A stretch of DNA of 43,764 bases, taken from NCBI GenBank assembly GCA_025350365.1, contig JANXXY010000224.1, forward strand, positions 1 through 43,764. The letters are read 5' to 3'. The DNA is from Bacteroidales bacterium. Its GTDB lineage: Bacteria; Bacteroidota; Bacteroidia; Bacteroidales; JAAUTT01. The notes beneath the pieces are model-generated. The model had not been told where the DNA came from and searched no databases. It saw nothing but the letters and a program-made list of their open reading frames with translations. The translations under genes and the position numbers were made by a program. Positions 1-9,512 of the stretch are shown piece after piece; positions within the stretch are counted from its first letter, which is position 1; each line of letters begins with the position of its first letter.

Positions 1-11
1 TTATAAAAGTG

Positions 12-36
12 GTTATAGCCCCTTTTGGTTGAGGTT
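12..36. repeat. Partial copy of the GTTATAGCCCCTTTTTAAGGGGGTTGGGGTT palindromic repeat
   Basis: GTTATAGCCCCTTTTGGTTGAGGTT matches the copy at 2305-2335 with the palindrome centre deleted. Confidence 0.65.
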
Positions 37-118
37 GAAAAAAAAAGGTTACGATATGCTCGCAAACGGTTAAAATATTTACCTGGTACTTTTTACGCAG
101 TACTAAATACTAAAATTG

Positions 119-703
119 ATGTCACACGGAAGTATCATAGATCATAAACTTTATGTCAGAGAAGGCAGAGAAGTGCGTTTCCCGGATGAAACACTCAAAC
201 GGGTCAATCTCATTATTGAGCGCTATCCGAAAGGAAAGGAAAAATCAGCGGTGCTTCCTATTCTGCATATTGCCCAGGAAGAACTTGGAGGTTACCTTAG
301 CGTGGATGTGATGGATTATGTTGCATCCCTATTGAATATTCAACCAGTTGAAGTTTACGAAGTAGCTACTTTTTATACTCAGTATTACCTCGAAAAAGTC
401 GGTAAATATGTTGTAGAGGTATGTAGAACTGGCCCTTGTGCAATGTGTGGAGGCGAGGATATTGCCGATTATCTCGAGAAAAAGTTACAGATAAAAACGG
501 ATGAAACTACCCCTGACGGTTTATTTACTGTCCGCAGGGTTGATTGTCTCGGTGCCTGTGGTTATGCACCTGTGATGCAAATAAACACTGAATTTTACGA
601 ATTTCTTACCAAAGAAAAAATTGATCTGATAATTGACGATCTTCGAGCCAAAGCCAACGAAGACAAACCTAAGGAAGCGAAATGGGTAGAAAAATTCTTT
701 TAG
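119..703 (+). CDS. nuoE: NADH-quinone oxidoreductase subunit E
   Basis: EVATFYTQY motif and 2Fe-2S ligands CRTGPC...CLGAC; ATG at 119 preferred to TTG at 116; overlaps the nuoF start. Confidence 0.96.
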   Translation: MSHGSIIDHKLYVREGREVRFPDETLKRVNLIIERYPKGKEKSAVLPILHIAQEELGGYLSVDVMDYVASLLNIQPVEVYEVATFYTQYYLEKVGKYVVEVCRTGPCAMCGGEDIADYLEKKLQIKTDETTPDGLFTVRRVDCLGACGYAPVMQINTEFYEFLTKEKIDLIIDDLRAKANEDKPKEAKWVEKFF

Positions 704-2028
704 ATAAAGTCCATATTCCCGGAATAAAAACATTTAAAGTATATCGGGACAATGGTGGGTATGCATCTGTTGAGAAAGCCTTAAAGAAGATGACTCCCGC
801 AGAAATTATTGAGGAAGTTAAAAAATCGGGTCTGCGCGGACGCGGCGGCGCTGGTTTTCCGACGGGTATGAAATGGTCGTTTCTCGATACCAGGTCAAAC
901 AACCCTCGTTACTTGGTTTGTAATGCCGACGAAAGCGAACCCGGCACTTTTAAGGATCGGTACCTGATTGATTATATTCCGCATTTACTCATTGAAGGAT
1001 TGATAGTTTCGAGTTTTGCACTTGGAGCTAACACCACATTTATATATGTTCGAGGCGAATTCAAACAACAAATTGGAATATTAAACAAGGCGATTCGTGA
1101 AGCCCGCGATAATGGATTTCTTGGAAGTAACATTTTAGGAACATCATTTTCACTGGATATTCATGTACATTCTGGCGCCGGGGCTTATATTTGTGGCGAA
1201 GAAACGGCTTTGCTGGAATCGCTGGAAGGAAAGAGGGGAAATCCACGATTGAAACCGCCCTTTCCGGCAGTAAAAGGATTGTACGATTGTCCAACCGTGG
1301 TAAACAATGTAGAAACATTGGCCGCTATAGTTCCTATCATCAATTTTGGTGGTGACGAATATGCTAAAATCGGTATTGGACGCAGTACAGGTACAAAACT
1401 AATCTCGGCATGTGGACATATCAATAAACCTGGCGTTTATGAAATAGAAATGGGACTTTCGGTGGAAGAATTTCTCAATTCAGAAGAATATTGTGGAGGT
1501 GTCCGTAATGGGAAAAAGCTTAAAGCTATTATACCGGGTGGTTCATCAGTACCCATCCTGCCGGCTCATCTGGTTGCGGTTACTGCAGCAAACACTCCCC
1601 GGTTAATGAGTTATGAATCGCTATCGGATGGTGGTTTTGCTACCGGAAGCATGCTTGGTTCAGGCGGCTTTATTGTGTTCGACGAAGATGCTTGTATCGT
1701 GCGGAATACGTGGAACTTCACCCGGTTTTATTATCATGAATCGTGTGGACAATGTTCCCCCTGCCGCGAAGGAACCGGCTGGCTCGAAAAAATACTTTAC
1801 CGTATTGAGAATGGTCAGGGACGCGAAAGAGATATCGACGTACTGGATAGTGTAGCAAAAAAAATTGAAGGAAATACCATTTGTCCACTTGGCGATGCCG
1901 CAGCATGGCCCGTAAATAGTGCCATACGTCATTTCCGAAACGAATTTGAATTTCATATTGAACATCCTGACCTTATCAAAAATGTTCAACATGGTTCCAT
2001 TGAAAAATATATGAAAGTAATGGCGTAA
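682..2028 (+). CDS. nuoF: NADH-quinone oxidoreductase subunit F (FMN/NADH-binding)
   Basis: GLRGRGGAGFPTGMKW, CNADESEPGTFKD, YICGEETALLESLEG and the ESCGQCSPCREG 4Fe-4S motif. Confidence 0.98.
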   Translation: MGRKILLDKVHIPGIKTFKVYRDNGGYASVEKALKKMTPAEIIEEVKKSGLRGRGGAGFPTGMKWSFLDTRSNNPRYLVCNADESEPGTFKDRYLIDYIPHLLIEGLIVSSFALGANTTFIYVRGEFKQQIGILNKAIREARDNGFLGSNILGTSFSLDIHVHSGAGAYICGEETALLESLEGKRGNPRLKPPFPAVKGLYDCPTVVNNVETLAAIVPIINFGGDEYAKIGIGRSTGTKLISACGHINKPGVYEIEMGLSVEEFLNSEEYCGGVRNGKKLKAIIPGGSSVPILPAHLVAVTAANTPRLMSYESLSDGGFATGSMLGSGGFIVFDEDACIVRNTWNFTRFYYHESCGQCSPCREGTGWLEKILYRIENGQGRERDIDVLDSVAKKIEGNTICPLGDAAAWPVNSAIRHFRNEFEFHIEHPDLIKNVQHGSIEKYMKVMA

Positions 2029-2090
2029 TATGAATTAATTACCGAAAAAAGTTTAAACAGGGTAATAAACAAGTTATAGCCCCTTTTTAA

Positions 2091-2398
2091 GGAATAGCCG
2101 TCAAGCTAAAGTTTATAAGATGTTTATTTTAAAAAAAGTATTAAATAATTGGAATGGTTTTAAATTTGCAAAGTACAACCTCAACCCCTTAAAAAGTGGC
2201 AATAACAGTGCAATACATAATTAAGTTTCAAAATTAAAAACAATTTTTTTATTTTCTAAGTCAAGAAATGTAAGTAATTTAAAACTCCCAATTCATCGAG
2301 GACTGTTATAGCCCCTTTTTAAGGGGGTTGGGGTTACAAAAAACTTAATAAATATATGATATACAATTTTTTATGAATATTAACTTGACAGCCATACC
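2091..2398. mobile_element. MITE-like non-autonomous element inserted into a palindromic repeat
   Basis: Terminal inverted repeats 2091-2109 and 2380-2398 (15/19 match); candidate target duplication TTTTAA (2085-2090) / TTATAA (2399-2404); no ORF. Confidence 0.65.
2177..2335. repeat. Inverted pair of palindromic repeats (REPIN-like) inside the element
   Basis: 2177-2209 is the reverse complement of 2302-2335 with 3 mismatches and 1 indel. Confidence 0.8.
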
Positions 2399-2461
2399 TT
2401 ATAAAGGGGTTGAGGTTAAAACAAAAACAGATGCCGATCTGCAAGGGCAATTAATTTAAAA

Positions 2462-3439
2462 ATGATGCTAAAAGTAACAATAGACGGACATACTACCGAA
2501 GTGGAGGAAGGAACAACAATTCTTCAGGCTGCACGGAAAATTGGAGGCGAAATTGTTCCTCCGGCAATGTGCTATTATTCGAAGCTCAAAGGATCGGGTG
2601 GAAAATGCCGAACCTGTTTGGTTAAAGTATCCAAAGGGTCGGAGAAAGATCCGCGGCCGATGCCAAAACTCGTAGCCTCCTGTAGCACTCCCGTTCAGGA
2701 TGGTATGGAAGTTCAAAATATTACTTCTCCGGAAGTGCTCGAAACCCGTAAAGCCATCGTTGAGTTTTTGCTGATTAATCATCCTCTCGACTGTCCCATT
2801 TGTGACCAGGCTGGTGAATGTGACCTTCAGGACTTAAGTTTTGCGCACGGTGCGGATACATCGAGGTTCGAAGAACAAAAAAGAGAATTTGAACAGGTAG
2901 ATATTGGTCCCAATATCAAATTGCATATGAATCGGTGCATTCTATGTTACCGTTGTGTATACACTGTTAACCAGATTACTAACGGGCGTATTCATGGGGT
3001 GCTTTACCGTGGTGATGCATCCGAAATATCAACATTCATTAAAAATTCCATTGAAAACGATTTCTCGGGAAATGTTATCGACGTGTGTCCCGTTGGTGCG
3101 CTTACCGACAGTACATTCCGTTTCAAAAGCCGGGTTTGGTTTTTAAAATCGATGGATGTTCACCGCACTTGTCCTAAATGCTCCGGAAAGGCTGTGGCCT
3201 GGATGAGCGGGAACGAAATATACCGGGTAACAGCACGCAAAGATGAATTCAATGAAGTGGAAGAATTTATTTGTAACGAATGTCGTTTTGAAAAAAAGGA
3301 TGTCAATGACTGGGTTATTGAGGGTCCCAGAAAGATTAAGCGCACATCGATCATTTCGGTCAATCATTATTTAAATGAGAAACAAGGCGCAATTATTAAT
3401 CCTGTCGATAAAAAGATAGAGAAACCGAGTGAATTATGA
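2462..3439 (+). CDS. nuoG: NADH-quinone oxidoreductase subunit G, short form (Fe-S domains only)
   Basis: GKCRTCLV, NHPLDCPICDQAGECDLQ, RCILCYRC, DVCPVGAL, then CPKC...ICNEC; 325 aa; ATGA overlap with nuoH. Confidence 0.93.
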   Translation: MMLKVTIDGHTTEVEEGTTILQAARKIGGEIVPPAMCYYSKLKGSGGKCRTCLVKVSKGSEKDPRPMPKLVASCSTPVQDGMEVQNITSPEVLETRKAIVEFLLINHPLDCPICDQAGECDLQDLSFAHGADTSRFEEQKREFEQVDIGPNIKLHMNRCILCYRCVYTVNQITNGRIHGVLYRGDASEISTFIKNSIENDFSGNVIDVCPVGALTDSTFRFKSRVWFLKSMDVHRTCPKCSGKAVAWMSGNEIYRVTARKDEFNEVEEFICNECRFEKKDVNDWVIEGPRKIKRTSIISVNHYLNEKQGAIINPVDKKIEKPSEL

Positions 3440-4452
3440 TAGTCTATTTGATTTATAAAGTAGCATTAATTACTACCATTTTGTTATTGAGCCTTTTGAT
3501 AGCGATGTATGCAACATTGGTGGAACGTAAATTTGCCGGATTTATTCAGGACAGATATGGTCCCGACCGTGCAGGCCCATGGGGTATTTTACAGCCTGTT
3601 TGCGATGGTGTAAAACTCTTCTTTAAAGAGGAATACATGCCCAATACGGCCGATAAATTTTTATATATTTTAGGCCCATGTCTTACCATGATGGTGTCGT
3701 TGTTAACCAGTGCGGTTATTCCCTGGGGTGGCACAATTTCAATTGCCGGAAATAATTTTCCTCTACAGGTAGCAAGCAGTAGTGTAGATATTCTATATAT
3801 TTTTGCGGTTGTATCGATGGGCGTTTATGGCATTATGATTGGTGGCTGGGCATCAAACAATAAATTTGCTTTGTTAGGCGCTGTCCGGGCATCGTCGCAA
3901 ATGATCAGTTACGAATTGGCCATGGGTTTGGCGATAGCTTCAGTAATTTTGATGACGGGTACTCTTAGCCTTCAGCAAACAGTAGATCAGCAAACATCGA
4001 TGTGGAATGTGGTTTATCAGCCGTTGGCATTTCTCATATTTTTTATCTGTGCCCTGGCCGAAACAAACCGGGCTCCGTTTGATTTGCCCGAATGTGAAGG
4101 AGAATTAGTGGGCGGCTATCATACGGAATATAGCGCCATGAAACTGGGCTTCTATCTTTTTTCGGAATACATTAATATGTTTATATCATCGGCAATAATG
4201 GCTACCTTGTTTTTTGGAGGTTATCATATGCCGTTTATCGACAAGTTGGGTTTATCTCCTAACCTTTTAACTCTTCTTGGAACTGCATTTTTATTTGTTA
4301 AAATATTCCTCTTTCTCCTTTTGTTTATATGGGTGCGATGGACATTACCCCGTTTCCGCTATGACCAACTGATGAAATTAGGATGGAAAGTGCTATTTCC
4401 ATTGGCTTTGATTAATTTGATAATTACGGGCATTGTTATGCTTTTGAAATAA
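3436..4452 (+). CDS. nuoH: NADH-quinone oxidoreductase subunit H
   Basis: ERKFAGFIQDRYGP, AETNRAPFDLPECEGELVGGYHTEYS, PRFRYDQLM. Confidence 0.98.
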   Translation: MIVYLIYKVALITTILLLSLLIAMYATLVERKFAGFIQDRYGPDRAGPWGILQPVCDGVKLFFKEEYMPNTADKFLYILGPCLTMMVSLLTSAVIPWGGTISIAGNNFPLQVASSSVDILYIFAVVSMGVYGIMIGGWASNNKFALLGAVRASSQMISYELAMGLAIASVILMTGTLSLQQTVDQQTSMWNVVYQPLAFLIFFICALAETNRAPFDLPECEGELVGGYHTEYSAMKLGFYLFSEYINMFISSAIMATLFFGGYHMPFIDKLGLSPNLLTLLGTAFLFVKIFLFLLLFIWVRWTLPRFRYDQLMKLGWKVLFPLALINLIITGIVMLLK

Positions 4453-4462
4453 TAGCAACAAT

Positions 4463-5035
4463 ATGAATCTGACAAACAGAAGCAAAGTTGTAACTAATAA
4501 ACAGATGACTTTCGTGGAAAGCCTATACCTTCCTGCCATTTTTGCAGGAATGTGGATTACCATAAAGCATGTTTTCGGGAAGAAAGCTACCATAAAATAT
4601 CCCGAGAAAAAAAGGGAATTCTCGGAAATATATCGCGGGCAGCATGTTTTGAAACGCGATGACGAAGGTCGGGAACGGTGCACTGCATGTGGGCTTTGTG
4701 CACTGGCGTGTCCTGCTGAGGCTATCACCATGATTGCAGCTGAACGTCAACCGGGTGAGGAAAATCTCTACCGCGAAGAAAAATATGCCAAAGTATACGA
4801 AATCAACATGCTTCGATGCATCTATTGTGGTTTGTGCGAGAGTGCCTGCCCCAAGGAAGCTATCTTTCTTACAAAAAAAACTGTCGATTCTGAGTATTAT
4901 CGGCAGGCTTTCATTTATGGTAAGGACAAACTTGTTGAACCAGTTGAAAAAGATAAACGGATTGATGTCACAAAACGGCAAACGCCCGAAGTACTACAGT
5001 TTAAAAAATTGCCCAACGAGAGACATAATATTTGA
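4463..5035 (+). CDS. nuoI: NADH-quinone oxidoreductase subunit I
   Basis: Two CxxCxxCxxxCP motifs (CTACGLCALACP, CIYCGLCESACP) and operon position. Confidence 0.97.
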   Translation: MNLTNRSKVVTNKQMTFVESLYLPAIFAGMWITIKHVFGKKATIKYPEKKREFSEIYRGQHVLKRDDEGRERCTACGLCALACPAEAITMIAAERQPGEENLYREEKYAKVYEINMLRCIYCGLCESACPKEAIFLTKKTVDSEYYRQAFIYGKDKLVEPVEKDKRIDVTKRQTPEVLQFKKLPNERHNI

Positions 5036-5046
5036 AGCAAAACTTT

Positions 5047-5535
5047 ATGGAAAAATATATTTTCTTTACCTTATCGGGATTGGCAATTTTTTCGGCCATC
5101 ATGGTGCTGGTTTCTAAGAGACCGGTACATAGCGTATTATATTTGATTCTTTGCTTTTTTACCATTGCCGGCCATTATATTATGTTGAATGCGCAATTTC
5201 TGGCTGTGGTTCACATTATCGTTTATGCCGGAGCCATCATGGTTCTTTTTCTTTTTACCCTGATGCTGCTGAACCTGAATCTGGCAAACGAATTACGTAA
5301 ATCTATACTGGCAAGGGTTACAGCAGTAATTGCCGGTGGTCTTTTACTTGTTACATTGGTAGCCGTGTTGAAAGGGCTGGATGCAAGTGGTCCGATTATG
5401 GCAAATACACAAATTGGTATGACAACCAACATTGGCAAAGTATTATTTAACGAATATATGTTTCCTTTCGAAGCTGCCTCAGTTCTTTTTTTAGCAGCTA
5501 TGGTAGGAGCAGTAATGATGGTGAAAAAGGAATAG
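5047..5535 (+). CDS. nuoJ: NADH-quinone oxidoreductase subunit J
   Basis: IIVYAGAIMVLFLF and PFEAASVLFLAAMVGA; ATG at 5047 preferred to TTG at 5032. Confidence 0.95.
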   Translation: MEKYIFFTLSGLAIFSAIMVLVSKRPVHSVLYLILCFFTIAGHYIMLNAQFLAVVHIIVYAGAIMVLFLFTLMLLNLNLANELRKSILARVTAVIAGGLLLVTLVAVLKGLDASGPIMANTQIGMTTNIGKVLFNEYMFPFEAASVLFLAAMVGAVMMVKKE

Positions 5536-5547
5536 AAATAAAAGAAT

Positions 5548-5877
5548 ATGAATAACGTAGTACAAGGTTTACAGTTGATGCCAATTAGTTATTACATTTC
5601 ATTTTGTTCGATACTTTTTGTGATCGGAATGATTGGAGTGTTGATCAAACGTAATGCATTGGTTATTTTTATGTCCATTGAATTGATGCTTAATTCCATT
5701 AATCTGTTGCTGGCGGCATTTTCGGTTTATCATAACGATCCCGCCGGACAGATTCTGGTAATTTTCATTATGGTAGTAGCCGCAGCTGAGGTAGCTGTGG
5801 GGCTTTCCATTTTAGTGGTTACCTACCGGAAAAACAATTCCATTGATGTTAACCTTTTGAACCAGTTGAAAGGATAA
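5548..5877 (+). CDS. nuoK: NADH-quinone oxidoreductase subunit K
   Basis: FMSIELMLNS and VAAAEVAVGL motifs; three hydrophobic helices. Confidence 0.97.
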   Translation: MNNVVQGLQLMPISYYISFCSILFVIGMIGVLIKRNALVIFMSIELMLNSINLLLAAFSVYHNDPAGQILVIFIMVVAAAEVAVGLSILVVTYRKNNSIDVNLLNQLKG

Positions 5878-5994
5878 ATATGAGGAAAGTAGTATGTAAT
5901 TAGTTGTAAGTCGTAAGACTATTTTCTTGGTAATCAGTAGCAAGTACTTAGAAAAAGTTGAGAATTTACTTTTTATAGAATGAAATAAAGAAAC

Positions 5995-7887
5995 ATGAAT
6001 ACTTTAGCAGCTTTAGTGCCCATTTTACCTCTCCTTTCATTTCTTGTGATAGGTCTTAATTTTAGGCGGTTACCAAAACCTGTCACATCCATTTTGGCAT
6101 GTGGCTCAGTGCTGGTTTCATTCATATTTTCAGTAGTGTTGTTTTTTCATATAAAAGGTGGAAACCCGACTGTAAATGTCACCTTGTTTGAATGGATTCC
6201 CGCAGCAGCTACCTCTCTTGGTTTTTCGTTTGTTGTCGATCCCTTGTCATCACTAATGTTGCTGATAGTTACCGGTGTTGGATTTCTCATCCATGTTTAT
6301 TCCATTGGTTACATGCACGATGACGAAGGTTTCAACCGCTTCTTTTCATACATGAATCTGTTTGTGTTTTCGATGCTGGTGCTTGTGCTTGGCTCTAACT
6401 ATTTAATGATGTTTATTGGTTGGGAAGGCGTTGGGCTATGTTCTTATCTGCTCATTGGGTTTTGGTTTAAAAATCAAGCATATAATAACGCCGCCAAGAA
6501 AGCTTTTATCATGAACCGGATTGGCGACCTGGGTTTTCTTCTGGGGATGTTTATTTTATATGTTCAGTTCGGGTCGTTAGATTATCAGACGGTTTTTGCG
6601 AAAGCCAGTCTGCTGGAGTCTGGAAATCTTATTCTTACCATAGCCACCATGTTACTTTTTGTAGGAGCTATTGGAAAAAGCGCTCAAATACCTCTTTTCA
6701 CCTGGTTACCTGATGCTATGGCAGGACCAACGCCGGTTTCGGCTCTAATCCATGCTGCCACAATGGTTACAGCAGGCGTTTATATGGTTGCCCGGTCACA
6801 TGCCTTGTATATATTGGCTCCTGCAACTATGATGGTAATTGCAGTTATAGGTATTACCACTGCACTTTTTGCAGCTACCATCGCTATTTTTCAAAATGAT
6901 ATTAAAAAAGTGCTGGCATACTCAACAGTAAGTCAGCTGGGATATATGTTTGTTGGGTTGGGCATGGGAGCCTTTACCGGTGCGATGTTTCACCTAACCA
7001 CACATGCTTTTTTTAAAGCCTTGCTTTTTCTTGCTGCCGGAAGCGTAATTCATGCAATGGGTGGTGAACAGGATATTCGTAAAATGGGAGGTTTGAAAAA
7101 GGCTTTACCTATTACCTGGCTGGTATTTCTTGCCGGAACGATTGCCATATCGGGTATTCCTCCATTTTCAGGATTCTTTTCGAAAGACGAAATTCTTCTT
7201 CATGCATACGAGCAAAACAAAGTGATATGGGTGCTAGGTATATTAGGATCGTTAATGACAGCATTTTATATGTTCCGGTTATTCTACCTTACCTTTGCCG
7301 GGATGTTTCGCGGTACCGATAAACAAAAACAACATCTTCACGAATCACCAAAATCCATGACCATACCGTTAATCATTCTCGCGGTTCTCGCGGTAGCAGG
7401 TGGTTTGCTTAATATTCCGGCTGTCTTTGGCGGGTCATCGTCTCTTAACACATTTTTATCCCCGATTTTTGGTTCCGGTGTCGAACCGGTTGGCGAAGTA
7501 TCTTATGGTACAGAAATTCTTCTGATGTCAATTGCTGTAATTGGATCATTAGCAATGATTGGCTTTGCGTGGTTTCGTTTCGTTAAAACAGCTACCATTC
7601 CGGTTACCGATGGTATCAAACGACCGGCTCTTTCAAATTTACTATATCATAAATATTACATCGACGAAATATACCAATTTCTTATTGAGAAGCCAGTTCT
7701 ATGGTTGTCGGACATCATGCATCTTTTTGATGTATATGTAATTGATAAAACAGTCAATTTCGTTGGCAATGCCACTGTTTGGCTGGGTAAACAATCGGGA
7801 TTTCTGCAAACCGGAAATATTGGCTTTTATTTGATTGCCATGGTGCTTAGTATAGTTGCTTTTCTTGTATTTGGATTGATGATTTAA
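5995..7887 (+). CDS. nuoL: NADH-quinone oxidoreductase subunit L
   Basis: GWEGVGLCSYLLIGFW, KSAQIPLFTWLPDAMAGPTPVSALIHAATMV, HAFFKALLFL. Confidence 0.98.
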   Translation: MNTLAALVPILPLLSFLVIGLNFRRLPKPVTSILACGSVLVSFIFSVVLFFHIKGGNPTVNVTLFEWIPAAATSLGFSFVVDPLSSLMLLIVTGVGFLIHVYSIGYMHDDEGFNRFFSYMNLFVFSMLVLVLGSNYLMMFIGWEGVGLCSYLLIGFWFKNQAYNNAAKKAFIMNRIGDLGFLLGMFILYVQFGSLDYQTVFAKASLLESGNLILTIATMLLFVGAIGKSAQIPLFTWLPDAMAGPTPVSALIHAATMVTAGVYMVARSHALYILAPATMMVIAVIGITTALFAATIAIFQNDIKKVLAYSTVSQLGYMFVGLGMGAFTGAMFHLTTHAFFKALLFLAAGSVIHAMGGEQDIRKMGGLKKALPITWLVFLAGTIAISGIPPFSGFFSKDEILLHAYEQNKVIWVLGILGSLMTAFYMFRLFYLTFAGMFRGTDKQKQHLHESPKSMTIPLIILAVLAVAGGLLNIPAVFGGSSSLNTFLSPIFGSGVEPVGEVSYGTEILLMSIAVIGSLAMIGFAWFRFVKTATIPVTDGIKRPALSNLLYHKYYIDEIYQFLIEKPVLWLSDIMHLFDVYVIDKTVNFVGNATVWLGKQSGFLQTGNIGFYLIAMVLSIVAFLVFGLMI

Positions 7888-7897
7888 ATAATATCTG

Positions 7898-9376
7898 ATG
7901 TTGACGATATCGCTAATTTTATTGCCGCTTCTTGCTTCGCTTATTCTATTCTTACTGAAAGATAAGAAGGGTTTTCATATTCTGGCTTTGGTTGCCTCTC
8001 TCGCTGAGTTGGTGTTGGGAATTGTTGCACTTTTCGGTTTCGATAAAGGCGCTGCCAGAAATTTTCCTTTTGATGCCATGTGGATCAAATCCATGGGAAT
8101 CAGTTTCTCCTTCGGAATGAGTGGATTATCACTTTTATTAGTGCTTCTGACGGTGTTTTTGGTTCCAATGATTATTTTAACAACCTTCCATCGCGATAAT
8201 AAATATTCGTCGGCATTTTATGGATTAATATTACTGATGCAGTCAGCATTGGTAGGAGTTTTCACGAGCTCAGATGGTTTTCTTTTTTACATATTCTGGG
8301 AAATGGCTCTTATTCCGATTTATTTTATCTGCGGATTGTGGGGTGGTGAAAACAAAATTAAAATTACCCTTAAATTTTTTATCTATACCATGCTTGGGAG
8401 TTTGTTTATGCTTACAGCGCTTATCTGGCTATACATAAAAACTCCTGCCCCGCATACCTTTAATATCGACACCATGGTAATGGTAAAACTACCACTTGGT
8501 GAACAATTCTGGGTTTTTCTGGCTTTTTTCCTTGGTTTCGCGATTAAGATTCCAGTTTTTCCTTTTCATAGCTGGCAGCCTGATACATACACCGTGGCTC
8601 CTGCCGCCGGCAGCATGTTGCTTGCCGGAATTATGCTAAAGATGGGATTGTATGGAATTCTGAGATTTCTAATACCTTCCTGTAGTTTCACAGTAATTCA
8701 GTTTGCCCCGGTAGTGATGATTATGGCCATAACGGGTTTGTTGTATGGTTCCGTTATTGCTATAAAACAAAAGGAAATAAAGCGATTGATAGCCTATTCC
8801 TCTTTCGCACATGTGGGCTTGATGACTGCTGCCCTTTTTGCTTTAAATGTGGATGCATTGCAAGGAACTATCTATCAAATGATTTCTCATGGTTTTAATG
8901 TGGTGGCTTTGTTTTTTATTGCTGATATCATACAACGACGCACAAATACATTGCAAATTAATGAGTTGGGAGGAATTGCCAAAGTTGCACCGCGGTTTGC
9001 TGTTTTCTTTATGATAGTGATGCTTGGCTCAGTCGCATTGCCGCTTACCAACGGTTTTATCGGTGAGTTCCTGATGCTGGTTGGTATGGTTCAATATAGT
9101 TTTTATGTGGCTGCTATTGCTGGAATAAGTATTATTCTGGGAGCTGTGTATATGTTCTGGTTATATCAGCGAAGCATGTATGGCGAAACCAAACCGGTTA
9201 CCGCTGCATTTGCCGATCTTACTTCCACCGAAATGTGGGTGGCAGTTCCGCTTATTATTATTATTATAGCAATGGGTGTTTACCCAAAGCCAATCCTGGA
9301 GATCGCCAAACCGACGGTTGAAAGCATTTTATTTTCATTAAAACCTTTAAAGGAAGCTATCATCCCAGTTTTATAA
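7898..9376 (+). CDS. nuoM: NADH-quinone oxidoreductase subunit M
   Basis: FYIFWEMALIP, IKIPVFPFHSW, LLAGIMLKMG, IAYSSFAHVG. Confidence 0.97.
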   Translation: MLTISLILLPLLASLILFLLKDKKGFHILALVASLAELVLGIVALFGFDKGAARNFPFDAMWIKSMGISFSFGMSGLSLLLVLLTVFLVPMIILTTFHRDNKYSSAFYGLILLMQSALVGVFTSSDGFLFYIFWEMALIPIYFICGLWGGENKIKITLKFFIYTMLGSLFMLTALIWLYIKTPAPHTFNIDTMVMVKLPLGEQFWVFLAFFLGFAIKIPVFPFHSWQPDTYTVAPAAGSMLLAGIMLKMGLYGILRFLIPSCSFTVIQFAPVVMIMAITGLLYGSVIAIKQKEIKRLIAYSSFAHVGLMTAALFALNVDALQGTIYQMISHGFNVVALFFIADIIQRRTNTLQINELGGIAKVAPRFAVFFMIVMLGSVALPLTNGFIGEFLMLVGMVQYSFYVAAIAGISIILGAVYMFWLYQRSMYGETKPVTAAFADLTSTEMWVAVPLIIIIIAMGVYPKPILEIAKPTVESILFSLKPLKEAIIPVL

Positions 9377-9450
9377 TTAAAATCGCAAATAATAAACACA
9401 AAAATTAAATGCTTTACGAAAAATTTAAAACTTTAAATGTTTGGTGTTTG

Positions 9451-9480
9451 CTTACAACTTACGACTTGATACTTACGACT
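9451..9480. repeat. Heptamer tandem repeat (CTTACGA-like)
   Basis: CTTACAA CTTACGA CTTGATA CTTACGA CT; inverted copies at 5902-5917 and 41401-41411. Confidence 0.7.
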
Positions 9481-9512
9481 ATTATTATTTTTAAAACTTA
9501 CGATATAAAAGC

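Noticed and set aside
2029-2461. CRISPR array in the nuoF-nuoG spacer
   Set aside because: Copies are in mixed orientation, irregularly spaced and nested; no cas genes in the window.
2462-3439. nuoG as a truncated pseudogene
   Set aside because: Clean ATGA coupling to nuoH, no leftover C-terminal sequence, and Fe-S motifs intact.
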